A program made the position numbers and the translations under genes. This document shows, in pieces, positions 16,245-25,749 of a DNA stretch of 64,000 nt. The notes below the pieces were generated by a model, which was not told the DNA's origin, did no database searches, and saw only the letters and a list, made by a program, of their open reading frames with translations. This DNA is from Burkholderiales bacterium (lineage in GTDB: Bacteria > Pseudomonadota > Gammaproteobacteria > Burkholderiales > JACQAP01), in the NCBI GenBank assembly GCA_045810225.1, contig JBJMWI010000087.1, forward strand, positions 7,283 through 71,282, in the 5' to 3' direction. Within the stretch, counting starts at the first letter, position 1, and the number at the start of each line of letters is the position of its first letter.

Positions 16245-16819
16245 CGTTGGTACTGGCGTTTCTCTTCGATGCTGTCGACCATGTAATGGATGCCCCGCAG
16301 CCATGATTTATCGGAATTGCTGCGCAAATCCACGGATTTTGTATAGAGCGTGTTCCCGGATGCCACGTCCTTAACTTCGATATTGACGTTGAGAATGAGG
16401 TTACTGACTTTTTGCACCCAGCCGAGAATAATCACGTCGGCCTGCAGTGCGCGGCCGATGTCGATTTCGCAACCATTACACTCACGCAGGTCGTGCAGCG
16501 ACTTTTCTTGCGCGATCAGTTCCGCGGCAGGCGCACTATCGACGACCTGGTACAAGCCGCGCTGCCGTAATTCGTTACGCAACGCGTCGTCAATCAGGAG
16601 CAGGCGTTGTTGCTGAGCTGCTCTGGATTCGGCTGTCTCGTAGTCGCGCATTTCGTTAATGAGCTCGAAGTCCATGATCGCGGCGCGCTTCGGCGGGGGT
16701 GATGCCGGCTCCCCGGCGTAGGAATGCATGCCGCAAGCGGCACAGAACCACAAGTAGGAATGCATGCCGCAAGCGGCACAGAACCACAACACGATCGAGG
16801 CGTACGGCAGACCTCTCAT
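16241..16819 (-). CDS. putative lipoprotein, DUF2380/DUF3280-like, with duplicated lipobox
   Basis: The start at 16819 overlaps the gntK stop (ATGA). The N-terminus 'MRGLPYASIVLWFCAACGMHSYLWFCAACGMHSY' carries two identical lipobox-like segments. The C-terminal domain has 'CNGCEIDIGRAL...GWVQKVSNLIL'. The listed ORF extension to 17170 overlaps gntK out of frame and is rejected. Confidence 0.65.
   Translation of the reverse strand: MRGLPYASIVLWFCAACGMHSYLWFCAACGMHSYAGEPASPPPKRAAIMDFELINEMRDYETAESRAAQQQRLLLIDDALRNELRQRGLYQVVDSAPAAELIAQEKSLHDLRECNGCEIDIGRALQADVIILGWVQKVSNLILNVNIEVKDVASGNTLYTKSVDLRSNSDKSWLRGIHYMVDSIEEKRQYQR
16718..16789. repeat. perfect 36-bp tandem duplication (2 copies)
   Basis: gtaggaatgcatgccgcaagcggcacagaaccacaa occurs at 16718-16753 and again at 16754-16789 with 36/36 identity. 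It is in frame and duplicates 12 aa of the lipoprotein signal/lipobox. Confidence 0.95.
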
Positions 16820-17331
16820 TGGTCCAGACCAGCCGTGCGAATCGGTTCGATTTTCAGCTGACACAGGATGCGATCGGCAATCGCATTTGGCGTTTGCACC
16901 ACATCGACGACCAAGGCATCCCGTGGCTCCTCCAGCGCAGCAAACTGGGATTCGAGCAATCCGGCTTTCATGTAATGATTCTTGCGTGCTTCGAGGCGTT
17001 GACGGATCAGGTCGAAGACACCTTTCAGATAGACCCAGTGAAGATCCCGACAGCCGTGTCCCAAGCGGTCGCGATATTTCTGTTTCAATGCGGAACATGC
17101 AAGCAACACACTTTGATGTTCGGTCTGCTTCTGGAGCAGCATGGCATTCATGCTGTCGAGCCACGGCCATCGGTCCACATCTTCAAGGGCAACACCGCTG
17201 CGCATCTTTTCGATGTTTTGCACGGAGTGAAATTGATCGGCATCGTACAGATGCCACCCGGTACGTTGGGCGAGTACCTCACCGACGGTGGTTTTGCCGA
17301 CGCCCGATACACCCATCAGGACCACCATCAT
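16816..17331 (-). CDS. gntK: gluconokinase (shikimate-kinase-like fold)
   Basis: P-loop 'GVSGVGKTTVG', plus 'YDADQFH' and 'DRWPWL', which are typical of GntK/IdnK. Start and stop overlap both neighbours. Confidence 0.85.
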   Translation of the reverse strand: MMVVLMGVSGVGKTTVGEVLAQRTGWHLYDADQFHSVQNIEKMRSGVALEDVDRWPWLDSMNAMLLQKQTEHQSVLLACSALKQKYRDRLGHGCRDLHWVYLKGVFDLIRQRLEARKNHYMKAGLLESQFAALEEPRDALVVDVVQTPNAIADRILCQLKIEPIRTAGLDQ

Positions 17332-18245
17332 GATGGTTCTGCCGGCTGCACGGCGTGGCCTCCAAAGCCTGCGCGCATCATGGCCAACAGTTTCGATGCA
17401 TAGGCATCGTGTCCCTGACTGGCGAAGCGCGCCATCAGCGCCAGGCTCATGACCGGGGCCGGCACCCCAAGCTCGATTGCTTCAATGGCCGTCCAGCGAC
17501 CTTCTCCGGAGTCGGCGACAATGGGTTCGATCGATTCAAGCGTCTGTCCCTTTTTCAAGAAATCAGCTGTGAGATCCAGAAGCCACGAGCGCACTACACT
17601 ACCGTGGCGCCACATTTCCGTAATAGCGCCAAGGTCCAGGCTGAATTCCGATTTTGCTTTCATCAGCGACAGCCCTTCGGCATACGCTTGCATCATCCCG
17701 TATTCGATGCCGTTGTGGATCATCTTGACGTAATGGCCTGAACCGGCCGGCCCACAATGCATCCAGCCGCGATCTGCTGCGGGCGCTAGTAGTTTCGCAA
17801 ACGGTTCTACCCGGGCAACAGCTTTTTTGGTTCCTCCCAGCATAAGAGCGTAGCCGTTTTCCAGTCCCCACACGCCGCCTGATACGCCGGCATCGACAAA
17901 GCCGATACTGCGCTCGTCGAGCCATGCCGCGCGCCTCTGCGAATCTTTGTAATTGGCATTGCCGCCGTCAACCAACACATCTCCCTGGACGAGCAAGGCT
18001 GCCATGGTCCGCAGGGCCTGTTCGGTAATCTCGCCCGATGGCAGCATGGTCCACACTACGCGCGGGGTCGGCATCGCCGCGACCAGGCTGGCAAGTTCGG
18101 CGTGGGCCGTCACACCGTTCTCCTGTGCAAGCGCGCTACGCGCTAGCGGGCTTACGTCAAAGGCAGCCACATTTGCGCCACCGCGTGCCAGGCGCCGGGC
18201 CATGTTTGCGCCCATGCGGCCCAAGCCAACCATGCCGATCCTCAT
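17328..18245 (-). CDS. gnd: 6-phosphogluconate dehydrogenase, decarboxylating, short (Gnd-like/YqeC) form
   Basis: I prefer the ATG at 18245 (GGAGAA 6 nt upstream), giving 'MRIGMVGLGRMGANMARRL' (Rossmann fold). 'HYVKMIHNGIEYGMMQAYAEG' is a 6PGDH signature. Confidence 0.8.
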   Translation of the reverse strand: MRIGMVGLGRMGANMARRLARGGANVAAFDVSPLARSALAQENGVTAHAELASLVAAMPTPRVVWTMLPSGEITEQALRTMAALLVQGDVLVDGGNANYKDSQRRAAWLDERSIGFVDAGVSGGVWGLENGYALMLGGTKKAVARVEPFAKLLAPAADRGWMHCGPAGSGHYVKMIHNGIEYGMMQAYAEGLSLMKAKSEFSLDLGAITEMWRHGSVVRSWLLDLTADFLKKGQTLESIEPIVADSGEGRWTAIEAIELGVPAPVMSLALMARFASQGHDAYASKLLAMMRAGFGGHAVQPAEPS

Positions 18246-18352
18246 GTTGTTCTCCATCGCATCAGTCAGAACTTATTGTCCGGGCTCGAATCGCGATACG
18301 CAATGCGCGCATAGCTTGAATCCGGTACATTGCGGCCCAAAGGAGAGCGGGG

Positions 18353-18814
18353 ATGGCGCGAGCAGTGTTCAACAGCCTGGATGACTTGGCAGGCAAAATC
18401 GGCGTGGAAGTCGTTGTCAGCGACTGGCTGGAAGTCACGCAAAAGCGCATTCAGCAATTCGCGGACGCGACAGGAGATCATCAGTGGATTCATGTCGATG
18501 TTGAGCGCGCACGGCGTGAATCGCCTTTCGGAGCGCCCATTGCCCACGGATTTTTGACAATGTCGCTGCTGAGCCATTTTCTCAATGAGTCGCTCGAGTT
18601 TGGCAAATCGAAAATGGGTGTGAATTATGGATTCAACCGATTGCGCTTCACCGCGCCGGTAAAGGTCGGCTCGCGCCTGCGCGCCCGCTTCACGCTGAAA
18701 GACTTCCAGCGCATTGAAGGAGGCGTACAAATGGTTTGGGATATTGCCATGGAATGTGAAGGCGAGACCAAACCGGTGCTGGTAGCGGAGTGGGTAGGTC
18801 GCCGCTATGGCTGA
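18353..18814 (+). CDS. MaoC-like (R)-specific enoyl-CoA hydratase / NodN-like dehydratase
   Basis: AAGGAG Shine-Dalgarno sequence. 'FADATGDHQWIHVDVERARRESPFGAPIAHGFLT' is the hot-dog MaoC motif. Confidence 0.8.
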   Translation: MARAVFNSLDDLAGKIGVEVVVSDWLEVTQKRIQQFADATGDHQWIHVDVERARRESPFGAPIAHGFLTMSLLSHFLNESLEFGKSKMGVNYGFNRLRFTAPVKVGSRLRARFTLKDFQRIEGGVQMVWDIAMECEGETKPVLVAEWVGRRYG

Positions 18815-19592
18815 GCGGCTCCCGGCGATTTTTGTTTCGCACGGGGCTCCGACGTTGCCCATTGAGCATAGTGCCGCCCGAGCATTCCTCGCGGATCTGG
18901 GGAGCGCACTCGGCAAGCCAACGGCGATCCTGGTCGTTTCTGCGCACTGGGAAAGCGGTGAGACGGCCATCAGTTCGGTCGCTACGCCGGAAACGATTCA
19001 CGATTTCTTCGGTTTTCCGCAGGAGTTGTATCGGATGGTGTATCCGGCGCCTGGTGCACCGGAACTGGCGTCGCGCGTCAGTGAGTTGCTAGCGCAAAAA
19101 GGCATTGCAACCCAACTTCATCCGACTCGCGGACTGGATCACGGAGCATGGGTGCCGTTGATGCTGATGTACCCGGAGGCCGACATTCCGGTCACGCAGC
19201 TGGCGGTGCAGCCGGAACGCGATACAAAGTTTCATTTCGGATTGGGTGAAGCGCTGAGCCAGTTACGTGATGATGGAATCTTGATACTGGCATCAGGTGG
19301 CGCGACTCACAATCTTTACGAGTTCGGTCGCCATCGACGGGATGCGCCTCCGCCGGAATGGGTCACGGCTTTTCAGGAATGGCTCGCGTCCACGATCGAA
19401 AGCGGTAACACCAGTGAATTTCTGGATTACCGCACTATGGGACCCCATGCGGCGCGAAACCATCCCAGCGAGGAACACTTTCTTCCGATTTTTGTTGCCG
19501 CTGGGGCAAGCATTCCCGGCAGCGCGGGAAAACGCATTCATCGCAGCCATAGCTACGGCATCCTCGCGATGGACGCTTACCGCTTCGATTGA
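18807..19592 (+). CDS. ygiD: class III extradiol dioxygenase (4,5-DOPA dioxygenase, YgiD-like)
   Basis: 'LPAIFVSHGAPTL', 'VVSAHWE' and 'LDHGAWVPL' fit the LigB/YgiD family. It overlaps the maoC-like gene by 8 nt. Confidence 0.8.
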   Translation: MAERLPAIFVSHGAPTLPIEHSAARAFLADLGSALGKPTAILVVSAHWESGETAISSVATPETIHDFFGFPQELYRMVYPAPGAPELASRVSELLAQKGIATQLHPTRGLDHGAWVPLMLMYPEADIPVTQLAVQPERDTKFHFGLGEALSQLRDDGILILASGGATHNLYEFGRHRRDAPPPEWVTAFQEWLASTIESGNTSEFLDYRTMGPHAARNHPSEEHFLPIFVAAGASIPGSAGKRIHRSHSYGILAMDAYRFD

Positions 19593-19602
19593 CTTCAGCG
19601 CC

Positions 19603-20052
19603 ATGAAACAAGATTTCAGATTTATGCATCGCTTGCGCGTGCGCTGGGCAGAAGTGGACCGGCAAGGGATCGTATTCAACGGCCATTATCTGACTTACTT
19701 CGACGTCGGCATCACGGAATACTATCGTGCGCTGGGTTATCCCTACCCGGACGGCCTGGGATTACACGGCACTGACCTGTACGTCCGCAAGGCGGAGTTG
19801 GAATACCATGCTTCGGCCCAGTATGACGATGAGCTCGACATTTGCGTAAGGATCGCGCGCCTGGGACGCTCGAGTTTCGACTTCCGCACAGAAATTCACC
19901 GGATAGATAATTGCCTTGTGACAGGCAGGTTGGTATACGTCCATGCAGATCCGATTGCGCGCAAATCAGCGCCCTTGCCGGATTTTCTGCGCAACGCCAT
20001 AAGGTTGTTCGAACACACTGCGCCGGACGAACTGGAAAGCGCCAAAGCATGA
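19603..20052 (+). CDS. acyl-CoA thioesterase, 4HBT/YbgC-like
   Basis: The internal ATG at 19603 gives 'FMHRLRVRWAEVDRQGIVFNGHYLTYFD', a typical hot-dog thioesterase N-terminus. Confidence 0.75.
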   Translation: MKQDFRFMHRLRVRWAEVDRQGIVFNGHYLTYFDVGITEYYRALGYPYPDGLGLHGTDLYVRKAELEYHASAQYDDELDICVRIARLGRSSFDFRTEIHRIDNCLVTGRLVYVHADPIARKSAPLPDFLRNAIRLFEHTAPDELESAKA

Positions 20053-20275
20053 AATGTTCGCTTGCAATGCGATAATGCGAGGCGAGCCGAAGCTTCATCA
20101 CTTCGCGCCGTCTTGTCTAAAGCTGAGCCAATAAAAGGGAGAAGCAGCGTGCGCAGTTCGCACGCCCAGTTAGCGAATTGCCGCAATCGTCGCCGTGATA
20201 ATGGCGATAACCGCGCATATCTGTATTCAAAGAGTAGCCTCCAATCAATTCGGAACGCCAACCCAAGGAATAGTC

Positions 20276-21508
20276 ATGAACTTCGAATACTCGGACAAAG
20301 TGAAACAACTGCAAAAACAAGTTTCCGATTTCATGCAGCAATATGTGGCGCCGCAGGAGTCGCGGTTCTTTGAGGAGATAGCGCAAAACCGTGCCAAGGG
20401 AAATGCGTGGATTCCAACTCGCATTATCGAAGAACTCAAGCCGAAGGCGCGCGCGGCCGGCTTATGGAATTTGTGGCAACCGAAAGATCATGGCGGTTCA
20501 TTGACGAACCTGGAGTACGCGCCGCTGTGCGAAATCATGGGGCGCAGCAGCTGGGCTCCCGAGGTATTCAACTGTTCCGCGCCCGATACCGGGAACATGG
20601 AAGTTCTGTTGCGCTACGGAACGCCGGAACAACACAAGCAGTGGCTGACCCCGCTTCAAGCGGGCGAAATTCGTTCCGCATTCCTGATGACAGAACCAGA
20701 GGTGGCTTCATCGGATGCGACCAATATCCAATGTCGCATCGAACGGCAAGGCGATGCTTATGTCATCAATGGAAGAAAATGGTGGTCCTCCGGCGCCGGT
20801 GATCCGCGCTGCAAGATTTTCATTGTCATGGGCAAGTCGGACCCGGATAGCACTGACCGTTACAAGCAACAGTCGATGATTCTTGTTCCGGCCGATGCCA
20901 AAGGCGTAAAGATCGTCCGTTCGCTAAGTGTGTTCGGGTACGACGATGCGCCCCATGGGCATATGGAGGTGTCGCTCGAGAATGTCCGCGTGCCGGCTGC
21001 AAACATACTGTTGGGGGAGGGGCGCGGCTTCGAAATCGCGCAAGGCAGGCTGGGTCCCGGACGCATCCACCATTGCATGCGTATCATCGGCCAGGCCGAG
21101 CGGGCGCTGGAATTGATGTGTAAACGGCTCAAAAGCCGCGTCGCATTTGGCAAGCCCGTGGTCGAGCACAATATCTGGCACGAGCGCATTGCGGAATCCC
21201 GGGTGATGATTGAACAAGCCAGGCTCTTGACACTAAAGGCCGCCTACATGATGGACACCGTCGGCAACAAGGAAGCAAAGGCCGAAATAGCAATGATCAA
21301 GGTAATCGCGCCGAATATGGCGCAGCAGATCATGGATTGGGCTATTCAGGCGCATGGAGGCGGTGGGGTCTGTCAGGATTTTCCTTTGGCGATGATGTAT
21401 AGCCACAATCGTACGCTGCGACTGGCGGACGGCCCGGACGAAGTCCATCGGAATCAGCTTGCACGCCTGGAACTGAAGAAATGGGACCCTGCTAAAGCAC
21501 ATCGCTGA
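20276..21508 (+). CDS. acyl-CoA dehydrogenase (ACAD10/FadE2-like)
   Basis: The internal ATG at 20276 has AAGGAA upstream. '[14 protein letters not shown]', '[16 protein letters not shown]' and '[10 protein letters not shown]' fit the family. Confidence 0.85.
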   Translation: MNFEYSDKVKQLQKQVSDFMQQYVAPQESRFFEEIAQNRAKGNAWIPTRIIEELKPKARAAGLWNLWQPKDHGGSLTNLEYAPLCEIMGRSSWAPEVFNCSAPDTGNMEVLLRYGTPEQHKQWLTPLQAGEIRSAFLMTEPEVASSDATNIQCRIERQGDAYVINGRKWWSSGAGDPRCKIFIVMGKSDPDSTDRYKQQSMILVPADAKGVKIVRSLSVFGYDDAPHGHMEVSLENVRVPAANILLGEGRGFEIAQGRLGPGRIHHCMRIIGQAERALELMCKRLKSRVAFGKPVVEHNIWHERIAESRVMIEQARLLTLKAAYMMDTVGNKEAKAEIAMIKVIAPNMAQQIMDWAIQAHGGGGVCQDFPLAMMYSHNRTLRLADGPDEVHRNQLARLELKKWDPAKAHR

Positions 21509-21735
21509 TTGCAGGATCCTAAGCAACAGTATTGCGGTGCAGCACAGCAAGGTGCGCGCGCCCCGCAATTGTGAATGATGCCGCGAGTTTGCGAGCCGAA
21601 GCAAAAGTGGATGTGAGGGTCGTCTGTCCCGCAAAATCACGGAAATTCCGATGCCCGCAAATAGGGTTGTTGCCCGACCCGCAAACTATGTAAGCCAAAG
21701 AGTTGTAACGCAGTTTTTATTCGTGTATTTTGGCC

Positions 21736-21760
21736 GGCGTAACTATCTCCGTGTTACGCC
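21736..21760 (+). promoter_or_regulatory. perfect inverted repeat GGCGTAAC-N9-GTTACGCC upstream of iorA
   Basis: 8-bp arms with no mismatch, 48 nt upstream of the iorA ATG. It could be an operator or a leader hairpin. Confidence 0.3.
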
Positions 21761-21808
21761 ATCTCTTCTCATACATAACTTCATTCCTCACCAAGGGGGA
21801 GCTTTGCA

Positions 21809-22258
21809 ATGAAAATCTCGTTCAACGTAAATGGAAAAAGCACGAGCGTCGATGTCGCGCCGGATACGCCGTTGCTTTGGGTACTTCGTGACACGCTGGG
21901 CATGACCGGCACGAAATTCGGTTGCGGCAAGGCGCTTTGCGGCGCATGTACCGTGCATCTGAATGGCCAAGCCGTGCGTTCCTGCCAGACGCCGATCGGT
22001 TCGGTGTCCGGCCAGAAAGTAACAACCATCGAAGGCCTTGGTGGCAATCACAAGGTGCAGAAAGCTTGGGTCGCTCTGGACGTGCCGCAATGCGGATACT
22101 GCCAGCCCGGCCAGATGATGTCAGCGTCCGCGCTGCTGGCTTCTAACAAGAATCCCTCCGACGAAGATATCGATGCGTTCATGTCCGGCAACATCTGCCG
22201 TTGCGGGACGTATCCTCGTATTCGCGCAGCGATCAAGCAAGCTGCGAAGATGGCCTAA
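21809..22258 (+). CDS. (2Fe-2S)-binding small subunit of molybdopterin oxidoreductase (IorA-like)
   Basis: It carries two [2Fe-2S] Cys clusters, '[11 protein letters not shown]' and 'CGYCQPG...CRCGTY'. Confidence 0.85.
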   Translation: MKISFNVNGKSTSVDVAPDTPLLWVLRDTLGMTGTKFGCGKALCGACTVHLNGQAVRSCQTPIGSVSGQKVTTIEGLGGNHKVQKAWVALDVPQCGYCQPGQMMSASALLASNKNPSDEDIDAFMSGNICRCGTYPRIRAAIKQAAKMA

Positions 22259-22272
22259 GGAGGAAATGACAA

Positions 22273-24483
22273 ATGGAAAATATCATCAAAAATGAAGCTC
22301 GCCGCGACTTCCTGAAAGTCAGCGGTTCCGTCGCTGGCGGATTGGCGCTCGGGTTCTACCTGCCGGGCAAACACAATGTCGCTGTTGCGGATGCGGGTGG
22401 TGGTTACGCCAGTCCGAACGCCTGGGTCAGAATCGGCGCCGACAATGCCATCACGATCATGGTCGCACGTTCCGAAATGGGGCAGGACGTCTATACCTCG
22501 ATGCCGATCCTGGTGGCCGAGGAACTCGAAGTAGATCTGAACAAGGTAAAAGTAGAGTTCGCGCCTCCAGCGGAGGTCTACATCAACGCCTTGCTCGGTG
22601 GCCAGCTTACCGGCGGGTCGACTTCAGTGCGTGATGCTTGGGAAAAACTTCGCAAGGCAGGCGCGTCCGCCCGCATGATGCTCATCGCTGCTGCCGCCGA
22701 TCAGTGGGGCGTCGATGCTGGTCAGTGCAAAGCCGCCAATGGTGCGATCACTGGCCCCGGTGGCAAACGCGTGAACTATGGTCAGGTTGCCGCCAAGGCG
22801 GCCACTATGGAAGTACCGAAAGACGTTCCGCTCAAGCCATCGAGCCAGTTCAAACTCGTCGGCAACAGTAAGCAAAGGCGTCTGGATACCGAAGCAAAGG
22901 TCAAAGGCACTGCGCAATTCGGCATCGATACTCGCGTACCGGGCATGCTCTACGCCGCGGTTGCCATGTCGCCGATCATTGGCGGTAAGGTCGCGAGTTA
23001 TGACGATACCCGTGCCAAGTCCATGCCTGGCGTCAAGGCGGTGGTCCAATACAGCCGGGGCGTGGCAGTGGTTGCCGATTCCTACTGGCAAGCGAAAAAA
23101 GCGAAGGACCTGTTGCAGATTCAGTGGGACGGTGGCCCGAACGCGAACAACGATTCAAAGTCGATCTGGGATGGCATTCGCAATGCCAGCGATCAGCCCG
23201 GTGCGGTGTTCCGTGAACATGGCAATGTCGAGTCCGGCATGAGCCAGGCAGCCAAGAAAGTTGAGTCTACTTACCAACTGCCCTTCTTGTCGCACTCGCC
23301 GATGGAGCCTATGAACACGACGGCTGACGTCCGGGCCGACAAGGCGATCATCATCACGCCGACTCAGTTCCAGCAGCTGATTCCGCACGTGGTCGGCGGT
23401 GCAACGGGATTGAAACCGGAACAAGTCGAAGTGCATACCACCTTCCTTGGCGGTGGATTTGGCCGCCGCGTGGAAGTGGATTATGCGATCGATGCGGCTG
23501 AAATCTCCAAGGCCGTTGGTGCTCCAGTCAAGATGGTATGGAGTCGCGAAGACGATATGACGCATGATTCGTATCGCCCGGCCAGCCTGATGAAACTGTC
23601 GGCTGGGTTGGACGCGAGCGGCAAGCCGGTTGCTATGCGTTTCCACTCAACGAGCCCATCAATCTCGGCACGCCTGTTCCCGAGCATCGTTAAGGATGGC
23701 ATCGATCCGTTTGCCGTCGAAGGCATCGATAACTATCCCTACGATACGCCAAATATGAAGCTCACGTACCAGATGCACGACGCTGGGGTGACGCCTGGAT
23801 ATTGGCGCGGGGTGTCGCATAACCTGAACGCTGTTGCGCTTGAGTGCTTCGTCGATGAGCTTGCCAATGCAGCGGGCAAAGATCCCATCCAGTACCGCAT
23901 TGATATGCTGGACATGGGATCCACCAAACATCAGTGGTCTGGCCTCTCGGCAGGCGTGCCGGTCGGCACCCGTATGAAGCGCGTTCTGGAAGAAGTCCGC
24001 GCCAAATCGGGCTGGGGCAAGAAATTGCCAGATGGCCGGGGCATGGGCGTAGCGGTGATGGAAGGCTACAACACCGTGATTGCGATGGTCGCCGAAGTAA
24101 GCGTGTCCCCCAACTACGACGTGACGGTTGAGAAGGTCACTGCCGTAGTCGATGCCGGGACCCTGGTGCATCCGGATCAGGCTCTTGCGCAGATGCAAGG
24201 CACGATCAATTTCGGTCAGTCGGCTTGCATGTGGGGCGAAATCACGCTCCGCAACGGCGGGGTCGAACAAACCAACTTCGATATGTACCGTGTTGCACGC
24301 ATCAATGAAGCTCCGAAGGTGCTCGACATTCACTTCATCAAGAGCGACAGCACACCAGGTGGGTTGGGCGAACCGGGCACCGCAGTTATTCAGCCCGCCA
24401 TTGGCAATGCAATTTTTGCTGCCAGTGGCAAGCGTTGCCGTACGTTGCCGTTCTCGCCGGAAAACATCAAAGGCTCTGCCTAG
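22273..24483 (+). CDS. molybdopterin-cofactor-binding large subunit (IorB / membrane-bound aldehyde dehydrogenase-like)
   Basis: Tat-type signal 'RRDFLKVSGSVAGGLALG'. The 736-aa architecture fits the xanthine-dehydrogenase family and follows the 2Fe-2S subunit. Confidence 0.85.
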   Translation: MENIIKNEARRDFLKVSGSVAGGLALGFYLPGKHNVAVADAGGGYASPNAWVRIGADNAITIMVARSEMGQDVYTSMPILVAEELEVDLNKVKVEFAPPAEVYINALLGGQLTGGSTSVRDAWEKLRKAGASARMMLIAAAADQWGVDAGQCKAANGAITGPGGKRVNYGQVAAKAATMEVPKDVPLKPSSQFKLVGNSKQRRLDTEAKVKGTAQFGIDTRVPGMLYAAVAMSPIIGGKVASYDDTRAKSMPGVKAVVQYSRGVAVVADSYWQAKKAKDLLQIQWDGGPNANNDSKSIWDGIRNASDQPGAVFREHGNVESGMSQAAKKVESTYQLPFLSHSPMEPMNTTADVRADKAIIITPTQFQQLIPHVVGGATGLKPEQVEVHTTFLGGGFGRRVEVDYAIDAAEISKAVGAPVKMVWSREDDMTHDSYRPASLMKLSAGLDASGKPVAMRFHSTSPSISARLFPSIVKDGIDPFAVEGIDNYPYDTPNMKLTYQMHDAGVTPGYWRGVSHNLNAVALECFVDELANAAGKDPIQYRIDMLDMGSTKHQWSGLSAGVPVGTRMKRVLEEVRAKSGWGKKLPDGRGMGVAVMEGYNTVIAMVAEVSVSPNYDVTVEKVTAVVDAGTLVHPDQALAQMQGTINFGQSACMWGEITLRNGGVEQTNFDMYRVARINEAPKVLDIHFIKSDSTPGGLGEPGTAVIQPAIGNAIFAASGKRCRTLPFSPENIKGSA

Positions 24484-24529
24484 AGCCACTTCGGCTGCCC
24501 GGATCACCGGGCAAGGAGTCGTTCACAAA

Positions 24530-24560
24530 CCCCTCGACGGTATCGTCGGGGGGTTTTTTA
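24530..24560 (+). terminator. rho-independent terminator after iorB-like gene
   Basis: CCCCTCGACG-GTAT-CGTCGGGGGG followed by TTTTTTA. Confidence 0.7.
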
Positions 24561-24637
24561 TTGGCCATGGCCAGCCGCCGGGATTAAAATCGTTGTTCCC
24601 GTTCGGACAGAACGCTAGCAAAATATAAGGCACGGTT

Positions 24638-25660
24638 ATGGATAGCGTGGATTTACAGGTCTTGCGCAGCAGTGTCGGGTGGCTCGAGGAAGGCCATCGC
24701 GTCATTCTTGCGACTATTGTGGAAACTTGGGGATCCTCCCCCCGGCCGGCTGGTGCAATGTTGGCCGTACGCGGAGACGGGCTCGTTGCCGGTTCCGTAT
24801 CAGGGGGGTGCGTTGAAGACGATCTTATTTTACGGATACGCAACAAGTCATTGGCGATTGACCGGCCGGAAATTGCATCCTATGGCATTAGCAAGGACGA
24901 AGCGACGCGCTACGGACTTCCTTGTGGCGGAAAGTTGGAACTTGTGCTTGAACCCGTCCAGGACAAACGAGCGCTGACAGAATTGCTGGAGCGGGTGGAT
25001 CGCCATGAACTGACAGCCCGGACTTTGGATATGCAGACCGGTACCGTGAGATTACGGGCAGCCAAACGAACCGATAGCACACTCAGTTTCGACCGCAAAC
25101 ACCTGACCACCGTGCACGGACCTCGGTGGAGGCTACTGATTATCGGGGCGGGCCAACTTTCACAGTATCTGGCACAAATGGCGCAGGCACTGGACTACAG
25201 CATTACGGTTTGTGATCCGCGCGATGAGTACGCCGATACCTGGAACGTCGACGGAGCGGTTCTGAACCGCGGCATGCCTGATGACGTCGTACTTGCAATG
25301 AATTTGGATTCTCACAGCGCGGTCGTCGCAGTTACGCATGATCCGAAGCTGGATGATCTTGCGCTTATGGAAGCGTTGAAGTCGCCAGCGTTTTACGTTG
25401 GAGCCCTTGGTTCACGTCTTAACTCCCAGAAGCGGCATGAGCGCCTGATGATGTTTGATTTATCGGAGGCGGAACTGAGCCGCCTGCACGGACCAATTGG
25501 CTTGAACATCGGCAGCAAAACACCACCCGAGATCGCCATATCGATTCTCGCGGAAATGACGGCTGTGCGTCATGGTGTAGCGTTGGAAAGCGTCGGAGTC
25601 CGGGAAAACACGGAGCCTTCCGATAGTTCACGGCAGGTCTGCGTTGCGACAGGTGTTTGA
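24638..25660 (+). CDS. XdhC/CoxI family molybdoenzyme maturation protein
   Basis: 'VILATIVETWGSSPRPAGAMLAVRGDG...GSVSGGCVE' is the XdhC N-terminal domain. 'LLIIGAGQLS' marks the Rossmann-like C-terminal domain. Confidence 0.8.
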   Translation: MDSVDLQVLRSSVGWLEEGHRVILATIVETWGSSPRPAGAMLAVRGDGLVAGSVSGGCVEDDLILRIRNKSLAIDRPEIASYGISKDEATRYGLPCGGKLELVLEPVQDKRALTELLERVDRHELTARTLDMQTGTVRLRAAKRTDSTLSFDRKHLTTVHGPRWRLLIIGAGQLSQYLAQMAQALDYSITVCDPRDEYADTWNVDGAVLNRGMPDDVVLAMNLDSHSAVVAVTHDPKLDDLALMEALKSPAFYVGALGSRLNSQKRHERLMMFDLSEAELSRLHGPIGLNIGSKTPPEIAISILAEMTAVRHGVALESVGVRENTEPSDSSRQVCVATGV

Positions 25661-25685
25661 GCGAAGTGCAAAATAGCCTCGCAAT

Positions 25686-25714
25686 GGGAGCCGCAATGGC
25701 TCCCATGTTTTTTT
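25686..25714 (+). terminator. rho-independent terminator after xdhC-like gene
   Basis: GGGAGCC-GCAAT-GGCTCCC followed by ATGTTTTTTT. Confidence 0.6.
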
Positions 25715-25749
25715 GTGCGAGCGGCTTCAAAAATAATCGGGAGTAAACA

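Noticed and set aside
16820-17170. N-terminal 117-aa extension of ORF 16241..17170 (the lipoprotein frame)
   Set aside because: The extension overlaps gntK in another frame and is Cys/Arg-rich nonsense. The Met at 16819 forms an ATGA overlap with the gntK stop and immediately yields a signal peptide and lipobox, so that is the start I use.
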